40,092 nt of DNA from an uncultured Methanosarcinales archaeon (GTDB lineage: Archaea > Nanobdellota > Nanobdellia > Woesearchaeales > CAXGTL01). Under the pieces are notes generated by a model that worked only from the letters and a program-made list of their open reading frames with translations, searched no databases and was not told the origin of the DNA. The stretch lies in contig CAZHVK010000011.1 in assembly GCA_964535955.1 (NCBI GenBank), forward strand, positions 1 to 40,092, given 5' to 3'. This document shows positions 18,036 through 28,545 of this stretch, in pieces. The translations under genes were made by a program, and so were the position numbers. Position 1 is the first letter of the stretch; every line of letters starts with the position of its first letter.

Positions 18036-19004
18036 TTATTTCAACAACTCCTTTTTCAACAAATCTAAATTAAACAATTTCATATTTGGATTATCATGTT
18101 TAAACTCTTCAATCATTTTTTTCTCAAGAATATCAATTTTACTAATATAAACCAAGATTGGTTTTCTATACTTTTTCAAATTTTTATACAACTTCATCTG
18201 CTTTTTCAAAGAATACTCTTCAGTCAAGTCAAAAACATAGACCAAAACATCAGCACAATACTTAACAGCTAAGATAGCTTGTTTTTCAATATAATTCATC
18301 TTATCATACCTATCAAGAGTTCCAGGTGTATCAAGAAGCTGAACTTTTACTTCTTTTCCACCAACCTTACCTTCATAAAAACCTACATTTATCCTCTTTG
18401 TTGTAAATGCATATTCATTGATCTCAGGCTTAGATTTAGACAAATGAGATAACAAAGTAGTTTTGCCAACATTAGGAAACCCACATATTGCAATAACATC
18501 ATACTTTTCTCTAATAACAGGAAAATTTACCAACAGTTTCCGTATATGATGCAGATTAACAAGATCTTTTCTAATCTGTTTCATAATAGAACTAATCCTT
18601 CCAGAAAATTCTCTTCTATAAGTATTTATTTTATCCAAATGTTGACAGACTTTTATTTTTTTTTTATATTTATAATAAAATTCATTTATTTTTTTGACAG
18701 CCCAGTTAAGAGCACCTAATGATTTTTTTATATATTTAATATCAATATGAATCTTTAACAATTCTTTATAAAATTCAGACAAATCATCAATTGTTGGAAA
18801 TGTTTTTAATATTTTCATCAAACTATCTACAAGATTAGTTCTCATTGTGTCAATCCTTGCTAATTCAATTCTCCAAGATTTACTTAATCGAGAACCTTTT
18901 ATCTTAGAACCTCTGATCTTAGCAGCCTGCTTCTTAGCTCTTCTAAAAGCCACATCTAAGTAATGCTCATACTTTTCAATTGAAACAATGTTGTTAAATG
19001 CCAT
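18036..19004 (-). CDS. Nog1-family GTPase
   Basis: GFPNVGKT, YAFTTK, DTPG and SKID motifs; N-terminal helical domain. Confidence 0.9.
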   Translation of the reverse strand: MAFNNIVSIEKYEHYLDVAFRRAKKQAAKIRGSKIKGSRLSKSWRIELARIDTMRTNLVDSLMKILKTFPTIDDLSEFYKELLKIHIDIKYIKKSLGALNWAVKKINEFYYKYKKKIKVCQHLDKINTYRREFSGRISSIMKQIRKDLVNLHHIRKLLVNFPVIREKYDVIAICGFPNVGKTTLLSHLSKSKPEINEYAFTTKRINVGFYEGKVGGKEVKVQLLDTPGTLDRYDKMNYIEKQAILAVKYCADVLVYVFDLTEEYSLKKQMKLYKNLKKYRKPILVYISKIDILEKKMIEEFKHDNPNMKLFNLDLLKKELLK

Positions 19005-19049
19005 AATTAACTAAAGAAAGATATAAGTTTAAAAATGTTTGGCAAGAAT

Positions 19050-19173
19050 CGGCTCCATCCAAAATATCCGTCTGTGCCATTATTGACATTGTTAACGAAG
19101 TTAATAATGGCATGGCCAGACGAAGTTTTGTGAGCAAAGCGAGCAAAACGTAGTAGGATTTTTGGATGGAGCT
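19050..19173. mobile_element. MITE-like element with terminal IRs and 8-bp direct repeats
   Basis: IR GGCTCCATCCAAAA/TTTTGGATGGAGCT; GCAAGAAT at 19042-19049 and 19174-19181; two internal hairpins. Confidence 0.7.
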
Positions 19174-19204
19174 GCAAGAATTCTATATTATTCATATTTG
19201 TATG

Positions 19205-22200
19205 TTATTTATGATGTTTATGTTTTTTATGTTTTTTATGTTTTGTATGACTTGTTCTATGTTTTACTTTATTTGTTTTGTGTTTGGAGTGTTTTGTATG
19301 CTTTTTATGATGTTTACTTTTCTTATGTCCTTTACGCTTTTTTCTCATATAAACAAGAATAATAAAACCAATAACCAAAGTAATAAACAATACAATCAAT
19401 AATCTCCTAATATTAATATTATCCATAAATTTAACAGGTTCATGCACTTCTGGTGTAATCTCTTCACAAGCATCACAAACACCACCACAGTCAATACCTA
19501 TTTCATCCTGATCCAATATACTATTATTACAAAGATTTACAGGAATTTCACAAGCATCACAAACACCACCGCAATCAACACCTGTTTCATCTTGATTCTT
19601 TTTATCATCATCACAACTAGGTTTGACAACAACAGGATCAGTTTCATTATCATCATTTTTATCAGTACATCCTGGATCTTTTAGATCAAACAATTTGTCT
19701 CCATCATTATCAATATTATCATTACACTGTTTTGGTACAAAACCTCCACCAGAGCCGCCGCCTCCGCCGCCTCCGCCGCCAGAGCTTCCACCACCTCCCC
19801 CACTAGGAACACTTGGTTTTGGTTTAGGCTTTGGAATAACAAATTCAATAACAGCGCTGTGTTTTAATCCAGAAACAACAAACATTTTTTCATATAATTG
19901 ACAAACATATTCTGCTTTTGTTCCAGGACATTTTACAATTATCTCATTTTTACCTTTACAAGAAGAACTAACATCTGAGATTGCTGCTGTTTCTTGATCT
20001 TTTACACAAACAGCATTAGAACTAGGGTGTTTTTTCTCAACATAAAATATTTTGCTTACATTAGTTATATTTAAACCTTTTAAAATAAAATAAGATTTAG
20101 AATCAGATTCTTTTTGTTTTTCAATCTCAACACTTGACAAATTAATATAATCTATCTCAGTAGTATTATGTATCTTAACTTTAGCAATTGTTTTATTATC
20201 ATGCAACAGTGCAAGTTTTGTTGTTTTTTTCAAATCATCATTTACATCAGACTCATTACTTGGCACAACATAACTCGTTGCATTAGTTTTGCTCATATTA
20301 ACTTGTGTTTCATAACAATCTATTTCACATGTCTTGAAATTCTCTCCTTGTTCACAAATATTATTACCACAAAGAACACAATCATTATCTAAAGAATCAA
20401 CAAGAGTATCACAATCATTATCAACAGAATCACTACATACTTCACTAACACCAGGATTCACAATTGCATTATTATCATCACAATCAGCACCACCTTTATC
20501 TAAAGCATCAAAACCATCATTATCATCATCAAAATCACAATCATTATCCAAAGAATCAGTAAAACCATCACAATCATCATCAAGGTTATTATCACAAACT
20601 TCATCACTGATTTTACTAGAAGCAACACATTGTTTATCCCATTTACCAAGCACACATAATTGTTCAATTGTTTTAGAACAAGCACCTACACCACATGACT
20701 GTGTTTGTTTTGCATTATCTATGCAATCACATCCTTCATCAATACCACCTACACAATTATTATCAATTCCATCACATATTTCTATTGCACTAGGATTAAT
20801 ACTAGCATCTTCATCATAACAATCATCACCACCATATTCAACAGAATCATATCCATCATTATCAACATCTTTATTCACACAATCAGGATCTAAAGAATCA
20901 ACCAAATCATCACAGTCATTATCAATAGTATCGTCACAAATTTCAGAAGCTGCAGGATTTATCTGTGGACTAGTATCATCACAATCATCACCACCTAGAG
21001 CAACAGAATCATAACCATCATTATCATTATCAAAATCACATTCATCACCAAAAGCATCACCTTGTTTTGTTGTCTTGATTACCCATATATCACGACCACC
21101 AGCTCCAAAAGAATCACTATATCCACCAATTATATAACTTTCATCAACTAATTGTTGAACAGTTGTACCAAAATCAAAACCAGTACCTCCAAATGTTTTA
21201 TCCCATTGTTTATTACAATCACCGCCTGTTTTAATTACCCAAACATCATTACCACCTTTCCCCTTAGAATTTGTCCATCCAGTTATAATATATCCATTAT
21301 CAGATGTTTGATCAAGGGACCAGCTTCGTTCATTTCCAGTTCCACCAAAAGTCTTATCCCATTCTTTGTTTCCAGCAGAATCTGTTTTGATTAACCAAAT
21401 ATCTTCACCACCTGCACCATAAGAATTAGTATATCCTGTCATTATATATCCTGAATCAGATGTTTGTTGAACAAATTCACAAAGATCTTCACCTGTTCCA
21501 CCAAAAGTCTTATCCCATTCTTTATTTCCATCAACATCTGTTTTNNNNNNNNNNNNNNNNNNNNNNNNNNNNNNNNNNNNNNNNNNNNNNNNNNNNNNNN
21601 NNNNNNNNNNNNNNNNNNNNNNNNNNNNNNNNNNNNNNNNNNNNCACCTGTTCCACCAAAAGTCTTATCCCATTCTTTATTTCCATCAACATCTGTTTTA
21701 ATTAACCAAACATCTTTACCACCTGAACCAAAAGATGTTGTTTCTCCTGTTATAATATATCCATTATCAGATGTTTGTTGAACAAATCTAGCAAAGTCTT
21801 CACCAGCACCACCAAAAGTCTTTTCCCATTCTTTATTTCCATCAACATCTGTTTTGATTAACCAAACATCTTTGCCACCTGAACCAAAAGATTCTGTGCC
21901 GCCTATTAACACATATCCATTATCAGTTGTTTGTTGAACAGACATAACACCATCATTATTTGCAGCACCAAAAGTTTTGCTCCATTCTTCATCACCATTA
22001 GCATCTGTTTTAATCAACCAAACATCATCATCACCTGAACCAAAAGATGCTGTAACTCCTGCAATAATATATCCATTATCAGATGTTTGTTGAGCCAACC
22101 AACCAATATCTCTACCTGCTCCACCAAATGTTTTATCCCATTGTTTATTTCCTGAAGAATCTATTTTTACTAACAATGCATCCATTGCTGTATCAGGAGA

Positions 22201-23679
22201 GAGTATAATTCCTGCTATTATATATCCATTATCAGAAGTCTGGTCTAGAGAAAACAACATTTCCCAATTAACACCACCAAATGTTTTATCCCATTCTTTT
22301 TTAGGTACAAGATCACTATTTGTTTGTAATGGATTAGACACACCAAGACAATTATCACAAGAATCATCAACACCATCATTATCATCATCTTTAATAGCAG
22401 CACAATCACTATCCAATACATCAACCATGCCATCACAGTCATTATCAATAGTATCATCACAAACTTCAGAAGCTGCAGGATTTATCTGTGGACTAGTATC
22501 ATCACAATCATCACCATTATTATTCTCATCAACATAACCATCATCATCTTTATCAAAATCACAATCACTATCCAATACATCAACCATGCCATCACAATCA
22601 TTATCAACACCATCACTGCAAAGATCAACAGTATTTTCATCAACCTTATTCTCAATCTTTGGCAAACATACAGCAGGAACCCATTCACCAAGCACACATT
22701 CAAGAGCATCTTTATTTTGACACACACCATCACCACAATCAACTTCTTGTGTTAATCCAGTCACGCAATCACATTCTTCATCTTTTGTTCCATCACAATC
22801 ATCATCAATATCATTGCACAAAGCATTTTGTTTTTCATTAAAATTATCCCTTGGATAAACACCAGCATTAGTATCATCACAATCTAATTTATCAGAAAAC
22901 TCAGGTTTTTCACAAGTCTCATCATAAAACCCATCTTCATCAGAATCAACACATTCTGGTTCTGGTTCAACAAGTACAAGTTTATCATTATCAAACATCT
23001 TAATCATATAACCTGTATCAGGTTTAAATTGTTTCAAAGTATTGAAACGAACTGGTATGCTAGGATCATAAACATAAACATCATCAGGACCAAATTCCCT
23101 GATAACTACAATATTAGACTTAATTGGTTCAATTGTTTCAGTAACATCAACTATTTCATCACCTAAGTAAGGCATCATGTTCCAGCCTTTATGAAGTGTT
23201 ACACTTTTATCAGTGAGAGGTAAACCATCAATTGTTAGTGATGCTGCATTCTTCATCTTTATTTGATAAGCTTTACCACCTACAATTGTCTGTAAAGTAT
23301 TGAATCTAGATGGAATTAAGGGATCATAAACATAAACATCTGTTTCTGCAAATTCTCTGATAACAACAGCATCATTTATAACAGATGCTAATGCTTGATC
23401 AATCTCTTTAACATCAGGATCTAATGTAATTGGTAAAACATTCCAACCTTTATGCAATGATAATGTAATCTGATTATCAGATGCAATATCATTAGATAAA
23501 GTATCATCAAGAGCTCCAACCAAAGGCACACCTGCAGACTCAACAGGCGCAGCAATCATTCCTGTCAAACCATCACCAAAGCCAAGAGAAACAAAATAAA
23601 TAAAAAAAATCACTAATACCAATAGACCAAGGATTATAAAACTATCTTGCAAATCCTTTTTCATACTTGTTTTTTCCAT
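19205..23679 (-). CDS. Giant cell-surface protein (one gene, split by the assembly gap)
   Basis: N-terminal TM, MopE-like DCDD..P.A.E.CD..DNDCDG repeats, WDKTFGG beta-propeller repeats, Gly/Pro linker, ETGVDCGG repeats, C-terminal TM and His/Lys tail. The same repeat continues across the 100-N gap at 21545-21644. Confidence 0.8.
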
Positions 23680-23704
23680 TGTAACAACAAAACATCATCA
23701 CATA

Positions 23705-25399
23705 TCAAATTCTTTTTTTATGTAAATCCTTGATATGAGACAATCTTCTTTTAATTAATTTTTTCAGATCACCATTCATGTTTCTAATGATTGCAGATAC
23801 ATGATGATGAGTTCCGCCTAAGATATAAGGTAGTATAACATAATCAGCACCCATTGAATACAATTCCAAAGCTTCTTCAATCTGATTAGCTGTTAATATG
23901 ACAACAGCTTTTTTATTTACTTTTTTTGTCTTTTTCATAAGAAGTAAACTATCTTTTGAATCAGGCACAGTTGATATAACCAGTTTTACTTTCTTAAGGT
24001 CTAGGTGATTAATTATTTCAGGATCACCAATATCTCCATAGATTGCAGTTGCTTTTTTGTATTTACTTCTAATTACATATCTTACAACATCAGGATTATA
24101 ATCAACAACAAGAATTGATTTTTTCATCTTAATAAGTAAATCAATAATCCCATGCGCAATTCTATTATGGCCACAAACAATTACATCATATGGTTTTTTC
24201 CTTTTCTTGATTTGTTTTAAATCTTTATCATTAAAATTAAACTTTTCAAACAACTTCAAAGGTCCCTTAAACACATCAAACAACTTGTGTTCATATTTAA
24301 TTACATAAGTTGTAATTGTAATTGTAAATATAGCAGCCCATATTGCTAATGAAAATATTTGTTTAGAAATATGTCCCAAAATCATTCCTTGTGCTAATAC
24401 AATCATAGAAAATTCAGAAACTTGAATTAAAGATCCAGAAATTAAAAATGCAGGCCTTTCTTTATAACCAAATAAGCTGGTAAAAATCATGAGCAATACT
24501 GGTTTTATTGTCACAACTATCAATGACAATACAGCAGCTAGTATTAATAATTCTTTTAGATTATCAAATATAATGTTTAGACCTAATGATACAAAGAAAA
24601 TTGTAGCAAAAAAATCTCTTAAAGGCTTTACTCTACCGATTATCTCTAGATTATAAGGCAGATTACCTAAAGCAACACCTGCAACAAATGCACCAATTGC
24701 AATTGAAAACCCAATCCAATTAAACATTATTCCAAACAAGAAACACATTGTTAATGATAACAAGAACAATAATTCTTGTGATTCAGCAGCATATTTAAAG
24801 AATCTCGGTAGAATGAATTTGCTTAACACTAATGCTAAAGCAAGCAGACCAATCCCTTTTAACAATGATCCAGCTAAAAACATCCATGAAAAACTATCAA
24901 TAGTTGTCAAAGTAGACAATATCAGCACAGCTAATATATCTTCAACAAGCAGAATACCAACAATAACCCTGCCATGTAATGTATCAACTTCTCTTCTATC
25001 AGCTAATAATTTGACAACAACCATTGTTGATGAGAAAACAAGTATCAAGCCGATATAGATAGCTTGCAATGACAAATAACCAAACATAACAGCTGTCAGA
25101 TAACCTAACCCAAACAATATTGCACTTTTTCCTAATCCAGCTACTGTTGCAACAGGTGCAACATTCTTCAGTTTATCCAGATCAATCTCTAAGCCTACGA
25201 TAAACAGCAAGAATGCAATACCGATCTCAGACAATAACTCGATTGTACTAGAGCTTGTGATCAATTTCAGAACAGGACCTATGATAATTCCAGCTATGAT
25301 ATATGCTGGTACTAATGGCTGTTTTATCAGTCTTGTAACATAAGCTAACAAACTTGCCATGATGATTATCAATCCTATGTCAAAAAATATGTTGTCCAT
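23705..25399 (-). CDS. Kef-type (CPA2) cation/H+ antiporter with TrkA-N domain
   Basis: FLLFIVGLE, FSSTMVVVK, LLVEDI, LRDFF, QVSEF; C-terminal VDYNP...YGD...GADYVI. Confidence 0.9.
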   Translation of the reverse strand: MDNIFFDIGLIIIMASLLAYVTRLIKQPLVPAYIIAGIIIGPVLKLITSSSTIELLSEIGIAFLLFIVGLEIDLDKLKNVAPVATVAGLGKSAILFGLGYLTAVMFGYLSLQAIYIGLILVFSSTMVVVKLLADRREVDTLHGRVIVGILLVEDILAVLILSTLTTIDSFSWMFLAGSLLKGIGLLALALVLSKFILPRFFKYAAESQELLFLLSLTMCFLFGIMFNWIGFSIAIGAFVAGVALGNLPYNLEIIGRVKPLRDFFATIFFVSLGLNIIFDNLKELLILAAVLSLIVVTIKPVLLMIFTSLFGYKERPAFLISGSLIQVSEFSMIVLAQGMILGHISKQIFSLAIWAAIFTITITTYVIKYEHKLFDVFKGPLKLFEKFNFNDKDLKQIKKRKKPYDVIVCGHNRIAHGIIDLLIKMKKSILVVDYNPDVVRYVIRSKYKKATAIYGDIGDPEIINHLDLKKVKLVISTVPDSKDSLLLMKKTKKVNKKAVVILTANQIEEALELYSMGADYVILPYILGGTHHHVSAIIRNMNGDLKKLIKRRLSHIKDLHKKRI

Positions 25400-25440
25400 T
25401 TTGTATTTTTTATTATTTTATATTCATAACCCATGCCTCA

Positions 25441-25475
25441 CCAGGGGAGGGTGGTCGGGGGAATGGCTTGGTGGG
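25441..25475 (+). repeat. Family 3 G-rich repeat (core only)
   Basis: CCAGGGGAGGGTGGTCGGGGGAATGGCTTGGTGGG. Confidence 0.8.
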
Positions 25476-25480
25476 CTATA

Positions 25481-25672
25481 TTATTTTAACCTCTTCTTCA
25501 ATTCCTTCAAACTCATGAGTTCAGCAGTAGCAATAAGCTGACCATTAACACTATACCAATAAAGCTCATCTCCTTCTTTTACATTGATATCTTCCCTAGC
25601 TTCTTTTGGTACTGTGATCTGGCCTAATGATGTTATCTTCGCTTTTCCTATGAATTTGATTCTTTTTGCCAT
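25481..25672 (-). CDS. AbrB/MazE/SpoVT family DNA-binding protein
   Basis: KITSLGQITVPKEARE...GDEL. Start moved to ATG 25672 because the longer ORF runs into the repeat element. Confidence 0.88.
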   Translation of the reverse strand: MAKRIKFIGKAKITSLGQITVPKEAREDINVKEGDELYWYSVNGQLIATAELMSLKELKKRLK

Positions 25673-25684
25673 TATTTTATTTAA

Positions 25685-25796
25685 ATATGTGGTAAGCGCC
25701 AATTGGCCAGTGAGTGCACACGCAAATTGTTAAACTGTAAGGGCTTCCCATATGAGGATAAATCAATTGGAAAGCACGAACGAGCTTGCCACATAT
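25685..25796. repeat. Structured element family 1, copy B
   Basis: IR ATATGTGGTAAGC/GCTTGCCACATAT; GCCAATTGGC-CAGTGA-GTG ... CAC-GAACGA. Confidence 0.85.
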
Positions 25797-25870
25797 TCAA
25801 TTTCTAGATTATTAATATTTATAATTTTATTAATATTATTAATATTTATAATTCTCCTTTATAAATCTTT

Positions 25871-26467
25871 CTATAATATATTTAGAATTCTATTGAAATT
25901 TGCTTTGTTTAGGTTATTTTTGTATTCCCTGCCTAACTCAATCAACTTATCCTTGTCAACCTTAATACCTTTAGAACCAAGCAATTTCCTATTTCTTATA
26001 ACATATTGCACAAACTGTGTAACATTATGTGGTTTTTCAGTAAAAGCAGCACGTTCAAAGTCAAGCAAAACAATCTTTTCACCAACAACAATATGTTTAT
26101 AGGGATTGTGCATTTCTTCTTTATTAATGCCTAATTTATCTAATCTGGCACATTGTTCAAACACATTTCTTAGAACTCTTTTTATTCTTACATGACTTGT
26201 TTCTTTTTCCAAATATTCTTTAATAAAAACACCCTCTACAAATTCATAAACAAAAAATCCTTTACCAGAAAACAGTAACTTAGGACCAATCCTAAACTTA
26301 CCCAGTTTCTGTAGAAACGAAATCTCATTCTTTATCTTACCAAGAGCTTCACTCTTAGGATTCTTTACTTTAACAGCAACTTTCTTCTTACCATACTTAC
26401 CAGTATAGATCAAACCACGCTTACCTTTAGCAAATAATTCAAGACCAGTAACACCTTTTATCTTCAT
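25871..26467 (-). CDS. Atypical Ser/Thr protein kinase-like protein
   Basis: AKGKRG glycine loop, VAVK, NE, YEFVEG, LLDFE. Confidence 0.75.
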   Translation of the reverse strand: MKIKGVTGLELFAKGKRGLIYTGKYGKKKVAVKVKNPKSEALGKIKNEISFLQKLGKFRIGPKLLFSGKGFFVYEFVEGVFIKEYLEKETSHVRIKRVLRNVFEQCARLDKLGINKEEMHNPYKHIVVGEKIVLLDFERAAFTEKPHNVTQFVQYVIRNRKLLGSKGIKVDKDKLIELGREYKNNLNKANFNRILNIL

Positions 26468-26494
26468 AATAATATGATGTAGAATTACTTATAC

Positions 26495-27133
26495 TTAAAC
26501 CTTATGATAATTACAAATACTAATAGGCTTTCGATTTTCACACTTAACATTACTAGGTCTTTGACAAAAATAATTACTACCAAAAGCTTTACCTGAATAA
26601 GGACAAAGATTTGGTTTAGAATCTATAAGTTTATTAACTATCCTTAATAGGCTAGTATCAAGACCATGAACAATCTTATTTAATTTATCAGGAAGGATAT
26701 AAAAACTTGTATTCTTAAGATAATCTCTTTTTTTCATATTTTCTTTATCAGTTAAGACCAAAAGTGGAATTCTATACAAATCTCCTTTACCTAGTTTATA
26801 TCTAAGAACATCAACAAGATCAAAATATTTTTGTCTAGGAACAAATAATGCTTTTTCACTTCCAACAACTTCCTCAGCATCGACCAATGTTGACACAATC
26901 AGGTCAGGATTATCATTTTCAATCTCATAAATAATTCCTTTATAAATTTCATCTAAAAGATTATTATCACTCACACTACGCCTTCCCTCAAATGTATAAA
27001 AATCATATGATGTCTGAAGAAATGGTTTTTGTTCATACCACCACATATAAACAGAAAACATTGCCTTGATTTCATAATACAATTGTTTTGGCGCAACAAA
27101 TATCTTTTTTTTTTGTTTTTTTACCATTAACAA
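26495..27133 (-). CDS. Hypothetical protein, possibly a degenerate receiver-like fold with C-terminal Cys cluster
   Basis: NPDLIV and IPLLVLT resemble receiver-domain strands; no clear phosphoacceptor Asp. Confidence 0.55.
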   Translation of the reverse strand: MLMVKKQKKKIFVAPKQLYYEIKAMFSVYMWWYEQKPFLQTSYDFYTFEGRRSVSDNNLLDEIYKGIIYEIENDNPDLIVSTLVDAEEVVGSEKALFVPRQKYFDLVDVLRYKLGKGDLYRIPLLVLTDKENMKKRDYLKNTSFYILPDKLNKIVHGLDTSLLRIVNKLIDSKPNLCPYSGKAFGSNYFCQRPSNVKCENRKPISICNYHKV

Positions 27134-27163
27134 TTAATAATCAGTAATCATTTATATTAATTT

Positions 27164-27691
27164 CTAGACTAGAACATAGACATAAAGTTCTTCAAAAAAG
27201 ATCTTTTGTTTTGCAACTTGTTTAAATTTAAAACCAGATTTTCTGATAAATTCTTCAACCTTTTTCTTTTTAGTCAATGATGAAAAAAGAAGTAACACTT
27301 TACCATTTGTTTTTAAAAAATCTTTTAATTCACATAAAAACTTCTGAATCAATTCATAACCTTTTTTTCCACCATCAAGAGTAATATCCTTGAGCTTGAC
27401 ATCTTCAGGCAGATATGGTGGATTAAATATAATCAAATCAAACTTTCCAGTAATATTAGAAAATAAATCAGAAACCATATACTTAATTTTTTTATCATGA
27501 TTTTCTCTTTTTAATTTTGCAATAACACCTCTCTGTACATCAACAGCAACCACTTTTTTACAATACTTAGCAGCTTCTTTAGCTAATATCCCAGAACCAG
27601 TCCCCATATCTAAAACAATATCATTAGGTTTACAATATTTCTTGATCTGTTTTTGCAGTAAAAATGAATCCCCTCTAGGTTCATATATCAT
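27164..27691 (-). CDS. HemK2/MTQ2 family protein methyltransferase
   Basis: IYEPRGDSFLL, LDMGTGSG and FNPPYLP motifs. Confidence 0.9.
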   Translation of the reverse strand: MIYEPRGDSFLLQKQIKKYCKPNDIVLDMGTGSGILAKEAAKYCKKVVAVDVQRGVIAKLKRENHDKKIKYMVSDLFSNITGKFDLIIFNPPYLPEDVKLKDITLDGGKKGYELIQKFLCELKDFLKTNGKVLLLFSSLTKKKKVEEFIRKSGFKFKQVAKQKIFFEELYVYVLV

Positions 27692-27746
27692 GATAGATTA
27701 ATGTATTAAGCAGAAGTATTTATAGTTTTTGTAAAAAAAAGAACAA

Positions 27747-27873
27747 ATGTCAAGAACCACCGGTCAATAGACCGGTGGCATGAAGCGAAAGCTTCATAAC
27801 AATCTATAATGACCAGTGGTTCTTGATCATGCTCAGTATACCACCAGTCTATTGACTGGTGGTATACTGACAT
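27747..27873. repeat. Family 2 element, expanded form with nested hairpins
   Basis: ATGTCA...TGATCATGCTCA...TGACAT frame; arms contain CCACCGGTC-AATA-GACCGGTGG and CCACCAGTC-TATT-GACTGGTGG. Confidence 0.8.
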
Positions 27874-27942
27874 ATTAAATAAACATAAGAGAAATAAAAA
27901 GAAATCAAAAAAAACAAAAAGAATTAAAAAAAATAAAAAATC

Positions 27943-28404
27943 TTATGTAGCACACTTACCTTTCAGCTTGTGACCTTCTCCTGTAAATGTATATGATGCA
28001 TCAGTTTCATCATCAGTGTATGTGATACTTACATCATAATTATAATTGTCTCCTGCACTTGCACATGTCATTGCACCACCACAATCAGTTGTTTGACCTG
28101 CTCCTAAACTTGTTTCATCACATGTTAGAGCAACATTGTTAACTGTTACTGTCAATGATGAGATAGCATTTCTTTGATTGTTTCTGATTGATGTATTCAA
28201 TACATCTGCTGCTGCTGAAACAGCATAACTTTGTATTGCAATGTCTGCTGTGTCCCAGAATGATTTAGATGCTCTTTCTTGTGCACCTGTACCAATACCA
28301 GGAATTCCTCCCATTGCTGCTACAACAATCAATGCAATTATGATAACAACTGCTAGAATTATCAGATATTCTGTTGCACCTTGTGCTTTTTTAAATTTAT
28401 CCAT
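27943..28404 (-). CDS. Type IV pilin-like protein (class III signal peptide)
   Basis: KKAQGATEYLIILAVVIIIALIVV; GAGGTGA SD. Confidence 0.85.
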   Translation of the reverse strand: MDKFKKAQGATEYLIILAVVIIIALIVVAAMGGIPGIGTGAQERASKSFWDTADIAIQSYAVSAAADVLNTSIRNNQRNAISSLTVTVNNVALTCDETSLGAGQTTDCGGAMTCASAGDNYNYDVSITYTDDETDASYTFTGEGHKLKGKCAT

Positions 28405-28545
28405 TTATTATCACCTCATGTTTTTTTAAATTAAAATAGCAATAAATAATAATAATAATAATAATATAAAGCCATTATTAATGATTATTAGAATCTTTAT
28501 ATATAAATATTTTGTTTTTTAAAGTGTTTTCTTATTTCTCTCCAC

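Noticed and set aside
19050..19173. Possible hammerhead ribozyme (three-way junction with CAGACGAAG)
   Set aside because: The required CUGANGA and GAAA core is not present on either strand as I read it.
19743..19803. GC-rich CCGCCGCCT repeats
   Set aside because: They encode the poly-Gly linker of the surface protein; not a separate element.
21442..21700. Apparent frameshift or two separate 745-aa genes
   Set aside because: The break coincides with a 100-N scaffold gap, and 21490-21544 duplicates 21645-21699. This is an assembly artefact in a repeat, not a programmed frameshift.
21180..22300. Regularly spaced ~150-bp repeats resembling an array
   Set aside because: These are coding beta-propeller repeats (WDKTFGG); no repeat-spacer structure and no cas genes, so not CRISPR.
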